This document shows positions 1-8,400 of a stretch of 8,961 bases of DNA, piece by piece; position 1 is the first letter of the stretch; each line of letters begins with the position of its first letter. The DNA comes from a virus (lineage: Duplodnaviria; Heunggongvirae; Uroviricota; Caudoviricetes). Where the stretch lies: IMG/VR virus record IMGVR_UViG_2534682331_000006. One strand, given 5' to 3'. A program made the translations under genes and the position numbers. A model generated the notes under the pieces. The model was given only the letters and a program-made list of their open reading frames with translations. It was not told the DNA's origin and did no database searches.

Positions 1-323
1 AACTGGCGAAAGCGTTCGCATACGCCCTGAACCAGTGGCCGGCGCTGACGTACTATGCAGATGATGGCTGGGCTGAGGCGGACAATAACATCGCTGAAAA
101 TGCGTTGCGGATGGTCAGTCTGGGCCGCAAAAACTACCTGTTCTTCGGTTCGGATCATGGAGGAGAGCGGGGAGCGCTGCTGTACAGCCTGATCGGGACG
201 TGCAAACTGAACGGAGTGGAGCCAGAAAGCTACCTCCGCTATGTCCTTGACGTCATAGCCGACTGGCCGATAAACCGGGTCGGCGAACTGCTCCCCTGGC
301 GCGTAGCACTGCCGACTGAATAA
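1..323 (+). CDS. IS66-family transposase (TnpC-like), C-terminal fragment; 5' end lies outside the window
   Basis: Reading frame is open from position 3 to the TAA at 321..323. Translation (...LAKAFAYALNQWPALTYYADDGWAEADNNIAENALRMVSLGRKNYLFFGSDHGGERGALLYSLIGTCKLNGVEPESYLRYVLDVIADWPINRVGELLPWRVALPTE) matches my recollection of the conserved C-terminus of IS66-family TnpC. An identical protein is encoded on the - strand at the other end of the window. Confidence 0.85.
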   Translation, partial: LAKAFAYALNQWPALTYYADDGWAEADNNIAENALRMVSLGRKNYLFFGSDHGGERGALLYSLIGTCKLNGVEPESYLRYVLDVIADWPINRVGELLPWRVALPTE

Positions 324-360
324 CACATCCCCGTCAATACGGTTCTTGCTGCACGCTTAC
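1..360 (+). mobile_element. IS66-family insertion sequence, terminal fragment (element continues left of window); transposase-distal end faces the phage genes
   Basis: Carries the C-terminal end of an IS66-type TnpC transposase (1..323) and ends ...GCACGCTTAC at 360, the complement of the GTAAGCG terminus typical of the IS66 family. Positions 1..360 are the reverse complement of 8571..8930 (checked by hand on 1..60 and 241..360; the two ORF translations are identical). Identity stops exactly at 360/361. Confidence 0.85.
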
Positions 361-2213
361 ATATCACCCACATTAATCTCCATATCAATTCACCGGGTGG
401 CGATGTCTTTGAAGGCATCGCCATTTTTAATGCGCTGAAAACACATGGTGCGTCCATTACCGTTTATGTCGACGGTGTGGCGGCATCAATGGCGTCGGTC
501 ATTGCGATGGTGGGAAACCCGGTCATTATGCCGGAAAACACCTTCATGATGATTCATAAACCATTTGGCTTTACGGGCGGTGATGCGGAGGACATGCGCA
601 CCTATGCCGACCTGCTCGATAAAGTTGAGGCGGTTCTGTTACCCGCTTATGCACAGAAAACCGGGAAAACCACCGATGAAATTGCTGCCATGCTGGCGGA
701 TGAGACCTGGATGTCCGGTGCCGAATGTCTGGCACATGGATTTGCTGATCAGGTGACGCCAGCCGTTAAGGCAATGGCATGTATTCAGTCAAAACGTACA
801 GAGGAATTTAAAAAGATGCCGGAATCCATTCGAAACATGATTACTCCGCCACGCAACAGTGCTCCACGCGTACAGGATAATGAACCTGCAGCTTCCCGGA
901 CGCCAGTGCAGGCAGCAGCACCCGTGGTGGATGAAAACAGTATCCGTGCGCAGGTACTGGCAGAGCAAAAAGCGCGTGTAAACGGTATTAATGATCTGTT
1001 TGCCATGTTTGGCGGGCGTTATCAGACGCTGCAGGCTCAGTGTCTTGCCGATCCTGAATGTTCGCTGGAGCAGGCCCGCGAAAAGCTGTTGAACGAGATG
1101 GGGCGCGAGTCCACGCCATCCAATAAAAATACCCCGGCTCATATTTATGCCGGTAACGGTAATTTTGTGGGGGACGGGATCCGCCAGGCGCTGATGGCGC
1201 GTGCCGGATTTGAAAAAACCGAACGTGATAATGTCTACAACGGGATGACCCTGCGTGAATATGCCCGTATGTCACTGACTGAACGGGGTATTGGGGTTTC
1301 CAGTTATAACCCGATGCAGATGGTCGGTGCGGCGTTCACACACAGTACGTCTGACTTCGGTAATATTCTGCTGGATGTTGCGAACAAAGCCATTCTGCAG
1401 GGCTGGGAAGATGCCCCTGAAACCTATGAACAGTGGACGCGGAAAGGTCAGTTGTCTGATTTTAAAATTGCCCATCGTGTGGGTATGGGGGGCTTCAGTG
1501 CTCTGCGTCAGGTGCGTGAAGGGGCGGAATATAAATACGTCACCACCGGAGATAAACAGGCCACTATTGCACTGGCGACCTATGGCGAGCTGTTCAGTAT
1601 CACCCGTCAGGCCATTATCAATGATGATCTGAATATGCTGACCGATGTCCCGATGAAACTGGGCCGTGCGGCGAAATCCACTATTGCCGATCTGGTTTAT
1701 GCCATTCTGACGTCTAACCCGAAAATCTCCACAGATAATGTAAGTCTGTTCGATAAAGCGAAACATGCAAACGTACTGGAGAGCGCTGCAATGGACGTGG
1801 AATCGCTGGATAAAGCCCGCCAGTTGATGCGCGTTCAGAAAGAGGGGGAGCGTCATCTGAATATTCGTCCTGCGTTCGTACTGGTACCGACGGCGATGGA
1901 GTCTGTTGCTAACCAGGTCATTCGCTCCTCAAGTGTCAAGGGGGCTGACATTAACGCCGGTATTATTAACCCGGTGAAAGATTTTGCGACCGTTATTGCA
2001 GAGCCTCGTCTTGATGATAACAGCCTGACCACCTTCTACCTGGCTGCGTCAAAAGGCTCCGATACGATTGAAGTGGCTTATCTCAACGGTGTGGATACGC
2101 CATATATTGATCAGATGGAGGGCTTCAGTGTGGATGGCGTGACAACGAAAGTGCGTATTGACGCCGGTGTCGCGCCAGTTGATCACCGCGGTCTGGTGAA
2201 ATGTACGGCGTAA
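361..2213 (+). CDS. ClpP-like prohead protease / major capsid protein fusion, 5'-truncated by the IS66 insertion (probable pseudogene; first in-frame start codons are GTG 477 and ATG 486)
   Basis: Frame is open from the IS junction to the stop at 2211..2213. Its N-terminal part reads ...INSPGGDVFEGIAIFNALKTHGASITVYVDGVAASMASVIAMVG...MIHKP, which resembles ClpP (INSPGG; catalytic Ser in a GxAASM-like motif; His in MIHxP), but the roughly 60 residues that precede INSPGG in ClpP are missing and no start codon lies upstream of 477. The roughly 370 C-terminal residues look like an HK97-fold major capsid domain, joined by an Ala/Pro/Gln-rich linker. The architecture matches prophage proteins annotated as ClpP-like prohead protease/major capsid fusion. 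Subfamily assignment needs an HMM search. Confidence 0.8.
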
Positions 2214-2236
2214 ACGTCGCAGACAACAACTCTGAT

Positions 2237-2256
2237 GGCCCGTAAGGGCTTTTTTT
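2237..2256 (+). terminator. Putative intrinsic terminator downstream of the major capsid gene
   Basis: Short GC stem gccc/gggc (2238..2241 with 2246..2249) closed by a GNRA-type tetraloop GTAA (2242..2245), followed by a T run (2250..2256), 24 nt after the capsid stop codon. The stem is short, so termination is probably partial. Confidence 0.5.
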
Positions 2257-2299
2257 GTACCTGAAATCAGCCCCTGAACGGGGCTGTGCGGAGACAGTT

Positions 2300-2623
2300 A
2301 TGGCAAAGAATTTTGTAGAAGAAGGAAAAACGGTGGCGATTGTTGCCAGTGCAGCCATCAGCAGTGGAGATCTGGTGCAGGTGGGGGATGTTTTTGCGGT
2401 AGCGCTGACCGATATTCCACAGGGTGAAACAGGCGACGGCCTGACCGAAGGTGTGTTTATGCTGCCTAAGCTGAAAACGGATGACATGAAAACGGGTAAG
2501 AAGGTTTATCTGAAGTCCGGAAAAGTTCAGTTGACTAACAGCGGCTCTGATCCGCTGGTCGGGGTTGTCTGGGCAGATGCCGGAACCAGTGCAGAAGAAG
2601 TGCCGGTAAAACTCAATGTCTGA
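2300..2623 (+). CDS. Small head protein, DUF2190-like (possible capsid decoration/cement protein)
   Basis: 107-aa ORF directly downstream of the major capsid gene; ATG at 2300 preceded by GGAGAC (2289..2294). Gly/Val-rich, predicted beta-rich sequence (MAKNFVEEGKTVAIVASAAISSGDLVQVGDVFAVAL...) of the kind found next to HK97-type capsid genes. The longer ORF-track start at 2255 lacks an RBS and overlaps the terminator hairpins. Confidence 0.5.
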   Translation: MAKNFVEEGKTVAIVASAAISSGDLVQVGDVFAVALTDIPQGETGDGLTEGVFMLPKLKTDDMKTGKKVYLKSGKVQLTNSGSDPLVGVVWADAGTSAEEVPVKLNV

Positions 2624-2891
2624 TCCCTTTTCCCGGCTGGCAGCGCGTATGGATGCGATCACGGTCAGAAAGATGGGAAAGACAGCCTCGATTAATGATG
2701 TCGATATGACTGTGATCCCGGGAGAAACACTGGCAGAGCTGAATGCTCTGTCCGGACCTGCGGTCTCTCTGGTGGTGTTTTCTTCGGGATACCGCCCACG
2801 GCGCGGGGATCGCGTTGTTTATGACGGACAACAATGGACGGTCACACGGCATGAACGCTTTAACGGTAAGCCAATGATCTTTATTGAGTAA
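2616..2891 (+). CDS. Head-tail joining protein, lambda FII-like
   Basis: 91-aa ORF whose ATG overlaps the upstream stop (ATGTCTGA), suggesting translational coupling. Position between the head genes and Z, and the C-terminal motif RRGDRVVYDGQQWTV, resemble my recollection of lambda FII (RRGD...). Homology not verified by search. Confidence 0.6.
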   Translation: MSDPFSRLAARMDAITVRKMGKTASINDVDMTVIPGETLAELNALSGPAVSLVVFSSGYRPRRGDRVVYDGQQWTVTRHERFNGKPMIFIE

Positions 2892-2902
2892 AGAGGTGTG
2901 GG

Positions 2903-3493
2903 ATGAAGGGGCTTGAGAATGCTATCCGCAATCTGAACAGCCTTGATACCCGTATGGTGCCACAGGCCAGCGCATGGGCGATAAACCGTGTGGCACAGAA
3001 AGCGGTCTCGGTTGCCACCCGGCAGGTTGCCGGGAATACCGTTGCGGGAGATAACCAGGTGAAAGGGATCCCCCTGAAACTGGTACGTCAGCGTGTCCGG
3101 GTGTTTAAAGCCAGTCCGTCAGGAAAAATGACGGCCAGGATCCGCGTTAACCGGGGCAATCTGCCCACCATCAAGCTGAACACAACACGGCGGCGTGCTG
3201 GTGAAGGATTGAGAGTGGGAAAATACTTTTTCCGGGGGGCATTTATTCAGCAACTGGCGAATGGCCGCTGGCATGTTCTGAGGCGTCTTCCTGAAGCGCG
3301 TTTTGCAACAGGGCATGACCATCAGGGCAGGCCAAGAAAAAATCGTCTTCCTGTGGAGGTAGTGAAAATCCCGCTGTCCGGACCGCTGACACAGGCATTT
3401 GAAGATGCCCGCGACCGCATCATTGCTGCGGAAATGCCGAAACAGCTGGGGTATGCACTGAAACAACAACTGAGGTTATGGCTGACCCGATGA
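2903..3493 (+). CDS. Z: Minor tail protein Z (lambda gpZ family)
   Basis: 196 aa (lambda Z is about 192 aa); RBS AGAGG at 2892..2896, 6 nt before the ATG. N-terminus MKGLENAIRNLNSL..., internal GAFIQQLANGRWHV and C-terminus ...VVKIPLSGPLTQAF...LGYALKQQLRLW match my recollection of lambda Z. Synteny is Z-U-V-G-T-H. Confidence 0.85.
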   Translation: MKGLENAIRNLNSLDTRMVPQASAWAINRVAQKAVSVATRQVAGNTVAGDNQVKGIPLKLVRQRVRVFKASPSGKMTARIRVNRGNLPTIKLNTTRRRAGEGLRVGKYFFRGAFIQQLANGRWHVLRRLPEARFATGHDHQGRPRKNRLPVEVVKIPLSGPLTQAFEDARDRIIAAEMPKQLGYALKQQLRLWLTR

Positions 3494-3891
3494 ACCGACA
3501 TACACAAATCCGCCAGGTCGTACTAGCACGCCTTCGGAAACAGTGTGGAGACAGCGCCACGTTTTTTGACGGGCTTCCGGCATTTGTTGATGCGCAGGAA
3601 CTGCCTGCCGTGGCGGTGTGGCTGAGTGATGCTCAGTACACCGGAAAAATGACGGATGAAGATGACTGGCAGGCTGTTCTGCATATTGCTGTCTTCATCC
3701 GGGCACAGGCACCGGATTCAGAGCTGGATATGTGGATGGAGAGCACCATTTTCCCGGCCCTGAATGATATACCGGCACTTTCCGGACTCATCGACACCCT
3801 GATCCCACTCGGTTTTAACTATCAACGTGATAATGAGATGGCCACCTGGGCGATGGCGGAAATCACGTACCAGATCACGTACACGAATTAA
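3490..3891 (+). CDS. U: Tail terminator protein U (lambda gpU family)
   Basis: 133 aa from ATG 3490, which overlaps the Z stop (ATGA). Motifs ATFFDG, LPAVAVWL, AQYTG, PDSELDMWMES and DIPALS match lambda U as I recall it. The ORF track offers an alternative start at 3478 (4 codons longer); 3490 aligns better with lambda U. Confidence 0.85.
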   Translation: MNRHTQIRQVVLARLRKQCGDSATFFDGLPAFVDAQELPAVAVWLSDAQYTGKMTDEDDWQAVLHIAVFIRAQAPDSELDMWMESTIFPALNDIPALSGLIDTLIPLGFNYQRDNEMATWAMAEITYQITYTN

Positions 3892-3901
3892 GGAGGTGGT
3901 A

Positions 3902-4645
3902 ATGACCACACCAAATCCACTGGCAAAAACGAAAGGTGCGGGAACGACGTTCTGGATGTATACCGGCAACGGCGATGCGTTTGCGAACCCTTTGTCGGAC
4001 ACTGACTGGTTGCGTCTTGCGATGGTGAAGGATCTGCAACCTGGCGAAATGACCGCTGATGCAGAAGATGACACTTATCTCGATGATGAAGATGCAGACT
4101 GGAAAACGACAACCCAGGGGCAGAAATCCGTCGGTGATACTTCGGCGACGCTGGCCTGGCGTCCGGGGGACAGCGGGCAGAAAAAACTGGTTCAGTTGTT
4201 CGACTCCGGTGAAGTCTGCGCGTTTCGTATCAAATATCCCAACGGTACTGTTGATGTTTTCCGTGGCTGGCTGAGTTCACTGGGTAAAACCATTGCCTCA
4301 AAAGACGTGATGACCCGCACCGTGAAAATCAGCGGTGTGGGGCGTCCGTATCTGGCAGAGGAAGGCACTGAAACCGTGGGCGTTACCGGGCTGACGGTGG
4401 CACCGGCATCTGCCAGTGTAAAAGTGGGAGCAACCACCACGCTGACCTTTACAGTAAAACCTGACGGAGCCAGTGACAAAGCGATCAGTGTGCATTCGAC
4501 AGATCCACAGACTGCCACGGTGACCCTGAACGGGCTTGTGGCCACGGTGAAAGGCGTGAAGCAGGGCAGTGTCAGCATTGTGGGCATGACTTCTGACGGC
4601 GATTTTGTGGCAGTGGCTACGGTGGCTGTCAGCGCCGCAGGTTAA
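3902..4645 (+). CDS. V: Major tail protein V (lambda gpV family) with C-terminal Ig-like domain
   Basis: 247 aa (lambda V is about 246 aa); strong RBS AAGGAGGTGG at 3890..3899 before ATG 3902. MTTPNPLAKTKGAGTTFWMY..., YLDDEDADW and FPNGTVDVFRGW match lambda V closely. The C-terminal part (GVTGLTVAPASASVKVGATTTLTFTVKPDGASDK...) is Big_2/Ig-like, as in lambda V. The ORF-track start at 3827 is an in-frame extension overlapping U with no RBS. Confidence 0.92.
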   Translation: MTTPNPLAKTKGAGTTFWMYTGNGDAFANPLSDTDWLRLAMVKDLQPGEMTADAEDDTYLDDEDADWKTTTQGQKSVGDTSATLAWRPGDSGQKKLVQLFDSGEVCAFRIKYPNGTVDVFRGWLSSLGKTIASKDVMTRTVKISGVGRPYLAEEGTETVGVTGLTVAPASASVKVGATTTLTFTVKPDGASDKAISVHSTDPQTATVTLNGLVATVKGVKQGSVSIVGMTSDGDFVAVATVAVSAAG

Positions 4646-4665
4646 CAGGACGATACTCATCATTT

Positions 4666-4689
4666 GCCCCGGTTATCCGGGGCTTTTTT
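4666..4689 (+). terminator. Rho-independent terminator downstream of V
   Basis: Perfect 7-bp GC-rich stem GCCCCGG (4666..4672) / CCGGGGC (4677..4683) with loop TTAT, immediately followed by TTTTTT (4684..4689). Lies between the V stop (4645) and the G RBS. Confidence 0.8.
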
Positions 4690-4702
4690 GCAGGTGGAGA
4701 AC

Positions 4703-5092
4703 ATGATGTTTCTGAAACAGGGCACGTTTAATTATGAAAAACAGTCCGTGGTGCTCAGTGAGCTGTCCGGGCTGCAGAGAATTGAATATCTGGCGTTTGT
4801 TCAGCAGCGAACGGCAAAGTTTGATGCCGGGGAGGGAGAACTGCCGGAGGCTGAACGACAGATTGCTTTTCTGCGGATGGGGATGGATATCAATGCCTGG
4901 CTGGTTTCCCGCTCACTGTGGAATGCGGATCAGTCTAAGGATGTAGAGACGCTTTGCGCATCCGTTATTACAACATGGTCGTATGATGCCCTGGGTGCGG
5001 GGGCGGAGATGGTTCTGTCGCTGAGCGGTATGGGGGCCATTGATAATGCCGGGGATGATGAGCATGAGGCGCTGACGCCGGAAAAGTCCTGA
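4703..5092 (+). CDS. G: Tail assembly chaperone G (lambda gpG family)
   Basis: 129 aa from ATG 4703, with a second ATG at 4706; RBS GGTGGAGA at 4693..4700. MMFLKQGTFNYEKQSVVLSELSGLQRIEYLAF resembles lambda G (MFLK...VTLSELSALQRIEHLA). The ORF-track start at 4664 would lie inside the upstream terminator. Confidence 0.85.
   Translation: MMFLKQGTFNYEKQSVVLSELSGLQRIEYLAFVQQRTAKFDAGEGELPEAERQIAFLRMGMDINAWLVSRSLWNADQSKDVETLCASVITTWSYDALGAGAEMVLSLSGMGAIDNAGDDEHEALTPEKS
5080..5086 (+). other. Candidate -1 programmed ribosomal frameshift site joining G to T (GGAAAAG)
   Basis: The T reading frame is -1 relative to G and is open only from 5068, so any shift must occur within 5068..5089. The only slippery-looking sequence there is G GAA AAG (G frame). 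Lambda uses G GGA AAG at the same place. A -1 slip on AAG to AAA would give ...ALTPEK-VLTREMQFVMRLAREF... Confidence 0.55.
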
Positions 5093-5100
5093 CGCGGGAA

Positions 5101-5430
5101 ATGCAGTTTGTCATGCGGCTTGCCCGGGAGTTCCGGCGGGCAGACTGGCGGCGGATGCTGTCGGAAATGTCGGCCACTGAGCTTGGTGAGTGGGGCGATT
5201 ATTTCCGGATGCAGAGCTTCAGTGATGTGTGGATGGATGCGCAGTTTGCCTCGCTGAAGGCATTGATCGTGAGAATGGTGTCCGGCAGCAGTGATGCTGC
5301 GGTGGCTGATTTCAGCCTTTTACCGGAAGAGAACGGGATACCGGAGCGAACGGACGAAGAACTGATGCATCTTGGAGAAGGTATTTCCGGAGGTGTGCGT
5401 TATGGACCAGATAGCCAACCTGGTCATTGA
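5101..5430 (+). CDS. T: Tail assembly chaperone T-domain ORF (lambda gpT family), expected to be made only as a G-T fusion by -1 frameshifting
   Basis: -1 frame ORF overlapping the 3' end of G; MRLAREFRRADWRRML... resembles the start of lambda T. No RBS precedes ATG 5101 and the frame is open upstream to 5068, consistent with frameshift expression. Coordinates are those of the ORF-track segment. Confidence 0.75.
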   Translation: MQFVMRLAREFRRADWRRMLSEMSATELGEWGDYFRMQSFSDVWMDAQFASLKALIVRMVSGSSDAAVADFSLLPEENGIPERTDEELMHLGEGISGGVRYGPDSQPGH

Positions 5431-8400
5431 TTTGGGGATTGATGCGGCAGAGTTTAAAAATGAAATTCCCCGTATCAAAAACCTTCTGAATGGTGCCGCC
5501 AGCGATGCAGAACGGTCTTCTGCCCGTATGCAGCGTTTTATGGAGCGTCAGACTCAGGCCGCCCGGCAGACAACGCAGGCGGCTTCTTCGGCTGCAACAG
5601 CCGCCTCCGTCCATGCGCAGACGGTGGAGAAGAACGCACAGGCTCATGAACGCATGGCCCGCGAGGTGGAGAAAACCCGCCAGCGCATGGAGGCGCTGAG
5701 CCAGAAAATGCGCGATGAACAGGCGCAGGCCATGGCTCTGGCGGAGGCTCAGGATAAAGCGGCTGCTGCGTTTTATCGTCAGATTGACAGTGTGAAACAG
5801 GCCAGTGCGGGGCTGCAGGAATTACAGCGTATTCAGCAGCAGATCCGACAGGCCAGAAACAGTGGCGGGATTGGTCAGCAGGATTATCTGGCGCTGATTT
5901 CTGAGGTTACGGCGAAAACCCGTGTTCTTACACAGGCTGAGGAAGAGGCTACCCGACAGAAAGTGGCGTTTATCCGTCAGCTTAAAGAGCAGGCAACCCG
6001 CCAGAATCTTTCTTCTTCTGAGTTGCTTCGTGCTAAGGCTGCCCAGCTGGGGGTAAGCAGTGCTGCAGAAGTGTATATCCGCAAAATGGAGCAGGCAGGA
6101 AAAGCCACGCATTCGCTGGGTCTGAAAAGTGCAGCGGCCCGCCAGGAGATAGGCGTTCTGATAGGTGAACTGGCTCGCGGCAATTTAGGTGCGCTGAGGG
6201 GATCCGGGATAACGCTGGCTAACCGTGCCGGATGGATAGACACACTGATGTCACCGAAAGGCATGATGCTGGGCGGGGTTATTGGCGGTATTGCCGCGGC
6301 CGTCTATGGTCTGGGTAAAGCCTGGTATGACGGTCAGAAGGAGGGGGAAGAATTTAACCGCCAGTTGTCGCTGACGGGGCATTATGCCGGAGTCACTGCC
6401 GGGCAGCTGTGGACGCTCAGTCGTGCTATTTCCGGGAATGGTATCACGCAACATGCTGCAGCCGGTGCGCTGGCTCAGGTGGTGGGGAGTGGTGCATTTC
6501 GTGGAAACGATATCGGTATGGTGGCGAGAGCTGCCGCACAGATGGAGCGATCGGTTGGCCAGTCGGTCAGCGATACCATAAGTCAGTTTAAGCGGCTGAA
6601 GGATGATCCTGTAAATGCCGCGAAGGCTCTGGACAATGAGCTGCATTTTCTTACTGCCACTCAGCTTGAGCAGATACGCGTCCTTGGGGAACAGGGGCGG
6701 TCCAGTGATGCGGCACGGATAGCCATGTCTGCACTGGCAGAGGAAACCGGTCGGCGTACTGCGGATATTGATAATAACCTCAATGCGCTGGGCAGTACGC
6801 TGAAGTATCTGTCTGATTTATGGAGTCGTTTCTGGGATGCGGCCATGAATATTGGTCGTGAAGACTCGCTGGATGAACAGATTTCCGCTTTACAGGAGAA
6901 AGTGTCGCGGGCGAAAAGACTCCCCTGGACGGCATCATCTTCTCAGGTTGAGTACGATCAGCAGCGTCTTAACGAGCTTCAGGAGAAAAAACGCCAGAAG
7001 GATTTGCAGGATGCAAAAGAGCAGGCAGAGCGGAATTATCAGGAGCAACAGAAACGCCGTAATGCTGAAAATGCTGCACTGAACCGGATGAATGAAACGG
7101 AAGCAGCACGACATCAGCGTGAAATTGCGCGTATTAATGCCATGCAGTACGCCGATCAGGCTGTCAGGGATGCGGCGATACAACGTGAAAATGAACGTTA
7201 CGAGAAAGCCCTGGCATCCGGTAAGAAAAAAACACGCGAAACCCGTAATGATGAGGCCACCCGGTTATTGCTGCAGTACAGTCAGCAACAGGCACAGGTG
7301 GAAGGACAGATTGCTGCTGCAAGACAGTCAGCAGGCATTGCCACTGACAGGATGACAGAAGCGCATAAACAGCTTCTGGCTCTGCAGCAGCGCATCAGCG
7401 ATCTGGACGGGAAAAAACTGACGGCAGATGAAAAGAGTGTGCTGGCCCGTAAAGATGAACTGATTCAGGCACTGACGCTGCTGGATGTAAAACAGCAGGA
7501 GCTTCAGAAACAGACGGCACTCAACGATCTGAAGAAAAAAACAATTCAGCTGACCAGTCAACTGGCTGAAGAAGAGCGCGCTCAGCGCCAGCAACATGAC
7601 CTGGATATCGCCACGGTGGGTATGGGTGATCAGCAGCGGCAGCGATATCAGGTACAACTGAGTCTTCGCCAGAAATACCAGCAACAGCTGGAGCAGTTGA
7701 GGCGGGATAGTGAGCAGAAAGGAACATATAACACGGATGACTACAGAAAGGCCGAGCAGGCGCTGACGGAGAGCCTGAACCGACAACTGAATGAGAATCG
7801 CCGTTATTGGCAACAGCTTGAAATTGCTCAGGGTGACTGGAAAAACGGAGTCCTGCGTGCACTCCAGAATGTCACTGAGAAAGCGGATAACACAGCCGGG
7901 ACAGTGGAACAGTTGTTCACGTCTGCGTTCAGTAGCATGAGTGACTGGCTGGCGACATTCTGTACTACAGGCAAACTCAATTTCAAATCCTTCACCTCTT
8001 CTGTGCTGTCAGATATGTCCAGAATCATGGCTCAGATAGCTTTAATGAAAGCGGTAAAAGGTATTGCTTCCGCGCTGCCTTTTGATTTTGTAGCCAATGC
8101 TGATGGCGGTGTTTATCAGTCGGCTGATTTGAGTCGCTACAGTGGCACGGTGGTTAACCGTCCGACGTTTTTTGCTTTTGCAAAAGGCGCGGGTGTGATG
8201 GGGGAAGCTGGACCTGAAGCCATTCTGCCACTGCGTCGTGGTGCTGACGGTAAGCTGGGGGTTGTGGCGGATATTGGTGGTTCAGGTATGGCGATGTTTG
8301 CCCCGCAGTACAACATCGAGATCAATAACGATGGCACGAACGGGCAGATAGGTCCGGCTGCCCTGAAGGTGGTTTATGACCTTGGGAAAAAAGCGGCAGC

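Noticed and set aside
239-457. 72-aa - strand ORF spanning the left IS/phage junction (also the + strand ORF 565..756)
   Set aside because: Crosses the IS boundary antisense to both the transposase and the capsid gene, with no RBS or recognisable motifs; most likely chance.
1272-1856. 194-aa - strand ORF inside the capsid gene (also 789..1142 and 988..1275 on the - strand, and 1291..1632 on the + strand)
   Set aside because: Fully embedded in the protease-capsid coding region, with no start signals and compositionally odd translations; typical spurious overlapping frames.
2255-2299. Upstream ATG at 2255 for the small head protein
   Set aside because: Lies within the terminator/hairpin region with no RBS; ATG 2300 follows GGAGAC.
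3827-3901. N-terminal extension of V from the ATG at 3827 (MIMRWPPGRWRKSRTRSRT...)
   Set aside because: Overlaps the 3' end of U and lacks an RBS; the ATG at 3902 has a strong AAGGAGG Shine-Dalgarno and gives a product aligning with lambda V from residue 1.
4192-4663. - strand ORFs of 131 and 121 aa overlapping V, and the + strand ORF 4059..4274
   Set aside because: Embedded in the strongly supported V gene; no homology features; considered artefacts.
4664-4702. Upstream ATG at 4664 for G (MPRLSGAFLQVEN...)
   Set aside because: It would start inside the V terminator hairpin and adds residues absent from lambda G; ATG 4703/4706 follows the RBS.
5372-5401. TTG start at 5372 extending tape measure protein H by 10 codons
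   Set aside because: The ATG at 5402 has a well-placed GGAGG RBS and matches the lambda H N-terminus; the TTG extension has neither.
7328-7813. 161-aa ORF on the - strand inside the tape measure gene (also 7521..7862, 5822..6112, 5977..6264, 6251..6646 on the - strand)
   Set aside because: Antisense shadow ORFs of a long low-complexity coiled-coil gene; translations are Leu/Gln/Cys-rich with no motifs, no RBS, and lie entirely within a well-supported + strand gene.
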